This document shows, piece by piece, positions 62,567 through 64,000 of a DNA stretch of 64,000 nucleotides. The notes beneath the pieces were generated by a model. The model searched no databases, had not been told where the DNA came from, and saw only the letters and a program-made list of their open reading frames with translations. A program made the position numbers and the translations under genes. The stretch's first letter is position 1; each line of letters starts with the position of its first letter. This DNA comes from Limnohabitans sp. (lineage in GTDB: Bacteria > Pseudomonadota > Gammaproteobacteria > Burkholderiales > Burkholderiaceae_C), in assembly GCF_044361645.1 (NCBI RefSeq), contig NZ_JBIKIL010000003.1, positions 2,623 through 66,622 of the forward strand. Reading direction: 5' to 3'.

Positions 62567-63781
62567 TCAAAAAACTTGTCCCAAATGAAAAATAGGGAGA
62601 TACATGGCCACCAAAATGGCCCCAATAAAGCCGCCCAAAACCACAATGATCAAAGGCTCCAACAAACTGGTCAGGCCATTGACTTGGTCGTTGAGCTCCG
62701 TTTCCATCAGGCCGCTGGCACGGGCCAGCAAGTTGCTGAGTGCGCCGGTTTCTTCGCCTGTGGCGCACAACTGGACGATCATCGCAGGAAAGCGCCCGGT
62801 TTGGCCCATGGCCTCGCTCAAGCCGCTGCCTTGCGCCACTTTGCGTTGCAGCGTCAGGGTACAACGGGCATAAACCGAATGATCGCACGCTTGCGCTGTG
62901 GGCCCCAAAGCTTCCGCCAAGGGCACCCCAGCAGACAACAAGGCGGACAAGGTTTGCGCCCAGCGCGCGAGCACCGCGGTGCTCACCAGTGGCCCCAGCA
63001 CCGGCCAAGACAGCACCTGCTCAGCCAGCGATTGTTTGACACGCAATGCGGCGGCGCTGGGCTGTTGTGCAGCCCACCAGCCCAGCAAAACCATTGCAAT
63101 GATGAGGGGCCAAGCCTGTGCCAAGCCATCGCTCAAACCCACGACAAGCCGTGTGGGCCACGGCAGTTCAGCACCAAATGAGCTGAACACGTCTTCAAAA
63201 ACTGGCACAACCAGGGTCAAAATCAGCAGCAAAATACCAACGGCCAGCGCAAACACCGTCACGGGGTACATCAGTGCCGACCGAATTTTGGACCGCAAAG
63301 CATGGTTTTTTTCGAGTGCTTGGGACAGCCGCTCCATCATGACTTCCAAGATGCCTGCGGCTTCTCCTGCTTGCACCATGTGCACATACAGGCCGCTGAA
63401 ATGCAAGGGGTGTTTGGCCAAGGCTTGGTGCAGTGCAACACCTGCATGAACGTCCTTGCGCACAGCTTGCAGCTTCTCGCTCAAGACCTGTGAATTGGCG
63501 CTGCGGCAAAGCATGTCCAGAGCTTGCACCACGGGCACCCCGGCCTGAAGCATGGTGGCCCATTGCCGCGTCATGACAGACAAATCCTTGGCTTTGATGA
63601 GCTCGGGTTTGGACCACCAAAGACGCTGAACGCGCACACTGTGCAGGCCCAATCTGCGCAATTGCGCCCGAGCCAAGTCGGCGTTCAAGGCCTGGATTTG
63701 CCCTTTTTGTCGAATGCCTTGGCTGTCTTGCCCCGTCCACCGAAATGCCGGCATTTGTCCAGATTCGGTGCGTGAGCTCAT
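62567..63781 (-). CDS. pilC: Type IV pilus inner-membrane platform protein (T2SS F family)
   Basis: TRQWATMLQAGVP, AGEAAG.L, KIRSALMYP, GEETG.L, LLEP.I, YLPIF.LG. Confidence 0.92.
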   Translation of the reverse strand: MSSRTESGQMPAFRWTGQDSQGIRQKGQIQALNADLARAQLRRLGLHSVRVQRLWWSKPELIKAKDLSVMTRQWATMLQAGVPVVQALDMLCRSANSQVLSEKLQAVRKDVHAGVALHQALAKHPLHFSGLYVHMVQAGEAAGILEVMMERLSQALEKNHALRSKIRSALMYPVTVFALAVGILLLILTLVVPVFEDVFSSFGAELPWPTRLVVGLSDGLAQAWPLIIAMVLLGWWAAQQPSAAALRVKQSLAEQVLSWPVLGPLVSTAVLARWAQTLSALLSAGVPLAEALGPTAQACDHSVYARCTLTLQRKVAQGSGLSEAMGQTGRFPAMIVQLCATGEETGALSNLLARASGLMETELNDQVNGLTSLLEPLIIVVLGGFIGAILVAMYLPIFHLGQVF

Positions 63782-63999
63782 GCTGACTCTCGGGTGGCGG
63801 CCATCACCTCGTCCAGTGATGTGATGCCTTGCAGGACTTTGCGCAAACCCGCTTGACGCAGGCTTTGCACCCCCTCGGATTTGGCTTGTTGCGCTATGTC
63901 TTGCAGGCCCGCCTCTTGCAGCACGAGTTGTTGCATCTTGGCGCTGATGGGCATGACTTGAAAGATGCCCGTGCGCCCGACAAAGCCTTTGTGGCATTG
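63778..63999 (-). CDS. pilB: Type IV pilus assembly ATPase, C-terminal end (5' part outside the window)
   Basis: QCHKGFVGRTGIFQVMPIS...SLRQAGLRKVLQGITSLDEV...*; ATGA overlap with pilC. Confidence 0.85.
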   Translation of the reverse strand, partial: QCHKGFVGRTGIFQVMPISAKMQQLVLQEAGLQDIAQQAKSEGVQSLRQAGLRKVLQGITSLDEVMAATRESA

Positions 64000-64000
64000 C

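Overview
Chromosomal window from a GC-rich Betaproteobacterium. Gene content and order suggest Comamonadaceae, possibly Limnohabitans-like (inference). Core blocks: gltBD; mlaFEDACB-ABC-bolA-murA-hisGDCBHA(F); hisIE-HIT-tatABC; degQ-like protease, Nif3, pdxA, mscL; petABC-sspAB-tRNA-Thr; dciA-like, secA-argJ-ATPase-mutT; yacG-zapD-coaE-pilD-pilC-pilB. There are three accessory regions. (1) The tail of a type I R-M island: hsdM, an AlbA_2/Schlafen-domain gene wedged before hsdS, YhcG and a decayed RhuM. (2) A minus-strand TonB-receptor/orphan SBP cluster led by two small paralogous secreted Cys-rich proteins, one with HExxH, next to a RAYT transposase bracketed by inverted 27-bp hairpins. (3) An ~8.2-kb chromosomal integron inserted between hisF and hisI. 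Its IntI1-like integrase is intact, with a LexA box and a recognisable attI. The array is decaying: three normally oriented attC sites have lost their GTT core and five toxin-antitoxin loci accumulate, two of them with nonsense-inactivated toxins. Two near-identical attC sites lie in reverse orientation. One sits at the 3' end of an IS91-like (Y2) transposase remnant. The other is the insertion site of a truncated class C group II intron whose putative EBS1 matches a site shifted from the known IIC-attC target. All calls come from reading motifs by eye; no database searches or folding programs were run.
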